Shown: positions 63,236-64,000 of the stretch, piece by piece
Layout of the letters: each line of letters opens with the position of its first letter
Numbering within the stretch: the stretch's first letter is position 1
Source: Mugilogobius chulae
Lineage: Eukaryota
NCBI GenBank assembly: GCA_046056395.1
Contig: CM100124.1
Location: 574,968-638,967, forward strand
DNA: 64,000 nt
Direction: 5' to 3'
The notes under the pieces: model-generated
What the model was told of the DNA's origin: nothing
The model's database searches: none
Seen by the model: the letters and a program-made list of their open reading frames with translations, nothing else
Made by a program: the position numbers and the translations under genes

Positions 63236-63358
63236 GACGTGACGCCGCTGCAGATCGTCTTTCCCGACACGGCTCTGAGGCTCCAGGCTCTGCTCGAGTT
63301 CACCGACTCCAAAGGAACCAGAGGACGGCCGGAGACGAGTGGCTCTTCGAGGGACCAG
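63236..63358 (+). CDS. mvp: major vault protein exon 3 (1-bp deletion frameshift near aaaggaacc as assembled)
   Basis: tttttcag|GAC GTG ACG CCG CTG CAG translates to DVTPLQIVFPDTALRLQALLEFTDSKG; the -1 frame then gives [15 protein letters not shown] (human reads [41 protein letters not shown]); donor CAG|gtctga. Confidence 0.85.
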
Positions 63359-64000
63359 GTCTGACTGAGTCCTGCTTTAGTCTGGTTTTAGTCTTGTTTT
63401 AGGGCGTATTCAGACCTATAAAATTTGGTCCGATTTAAACGATCCAGAATTCGTTTTTTCTGACAGTTCAGACTTTTTTTTAGGTCTGAATAAAGACAAG
63501 CGAACTCTGATCCGAATCAAACGATCGGACCGAGACCACCTCTTCAGGTCGGTCTCGGGCTGATTGCAAACGGATTCTGGTGCGGATCACTTATGATCTG
63601 AATACAAACGGCCTCGATCCGAAACGAACACGAAACACATGCTCTTTTTGGACCTGACAAGCCACCGTCACAACGCACAGTCACTAAGCACAATTCTAAG
63701 CACAATTTCCTATCTACACGGTTTATTCTGTTGTCTAGATTTGTCTGAAAACATAAAGATATTTTCTCGCGTTTGTTTCCATCAAATAAAGCACTTTCAT
63801 TTTCAGTCTTAACCCTTCGTGTTTGCACAATGAAACCAAAACAGTAACACTTGGACAGTCTTCTTACCGTGATGGAGTAGAGACGAGGATCCTTACAAAC
63901 CAGATTATCAAATTGCCTCCTTTCCTTACTCGTTTAAATCTATATGTCCAGAAAAATAAGAAAGCAAAGACAGGCTACTGTTCCATTGTGAGCACTGATG

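Overview
This window is vertebrate, most likely teleost-fish, nuclear DNA, not prokaryotic. Three protein-coding loci are recognisable. (1) On the + strand lies the 3' two-thirds of a Caskin-family gene (caskin1-like). It comprises exons for a Ser-rich linker, both tandem SAM domains, the long Pro/Ser-rich region (RSQSFAIRARKKGPP and ESDTVKRR motifs) and the conserved tail [21 protein letters not shown], stop at 36532. (2) An intronless, antisense, repeat-rich acidic/coiled-coil ORF of roughly 3.4 kb sits inside a caskin intron (17965-21406, minus) and has its own CRE-containing upstream region. (3) The 5' end of the major vault protein gene (mvp) begins at 60595 on the + strand (MSKKSGPRVVDMDLPVDASIIRIPPHHYIHV...). 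The rest is intronic or intergenic sequence packed with MITE/DNA-transposon relics carrying terminal inverted repeats (TIRs), two tRNA-derived SINE copies, L2-like LINE fragments, microsatellites, a 2.1-kb polypyrimidine tract and 11-bp satellites. Two things stand out. First, a recurrent pattern of tandem minisatellites spans exon-intron junctions, at donor or acceptor sides and with 2 to about 21 copies, at ten or more sites across two unrelated genes. Second, every coding region here is interrupted by 1-bp deletion frameshifts, mostly in homopolymer runs, which points to uncorrected long-read assembly error rather than pseudogenes. Exon coordinates are hand-derived and may be off by a few bases.
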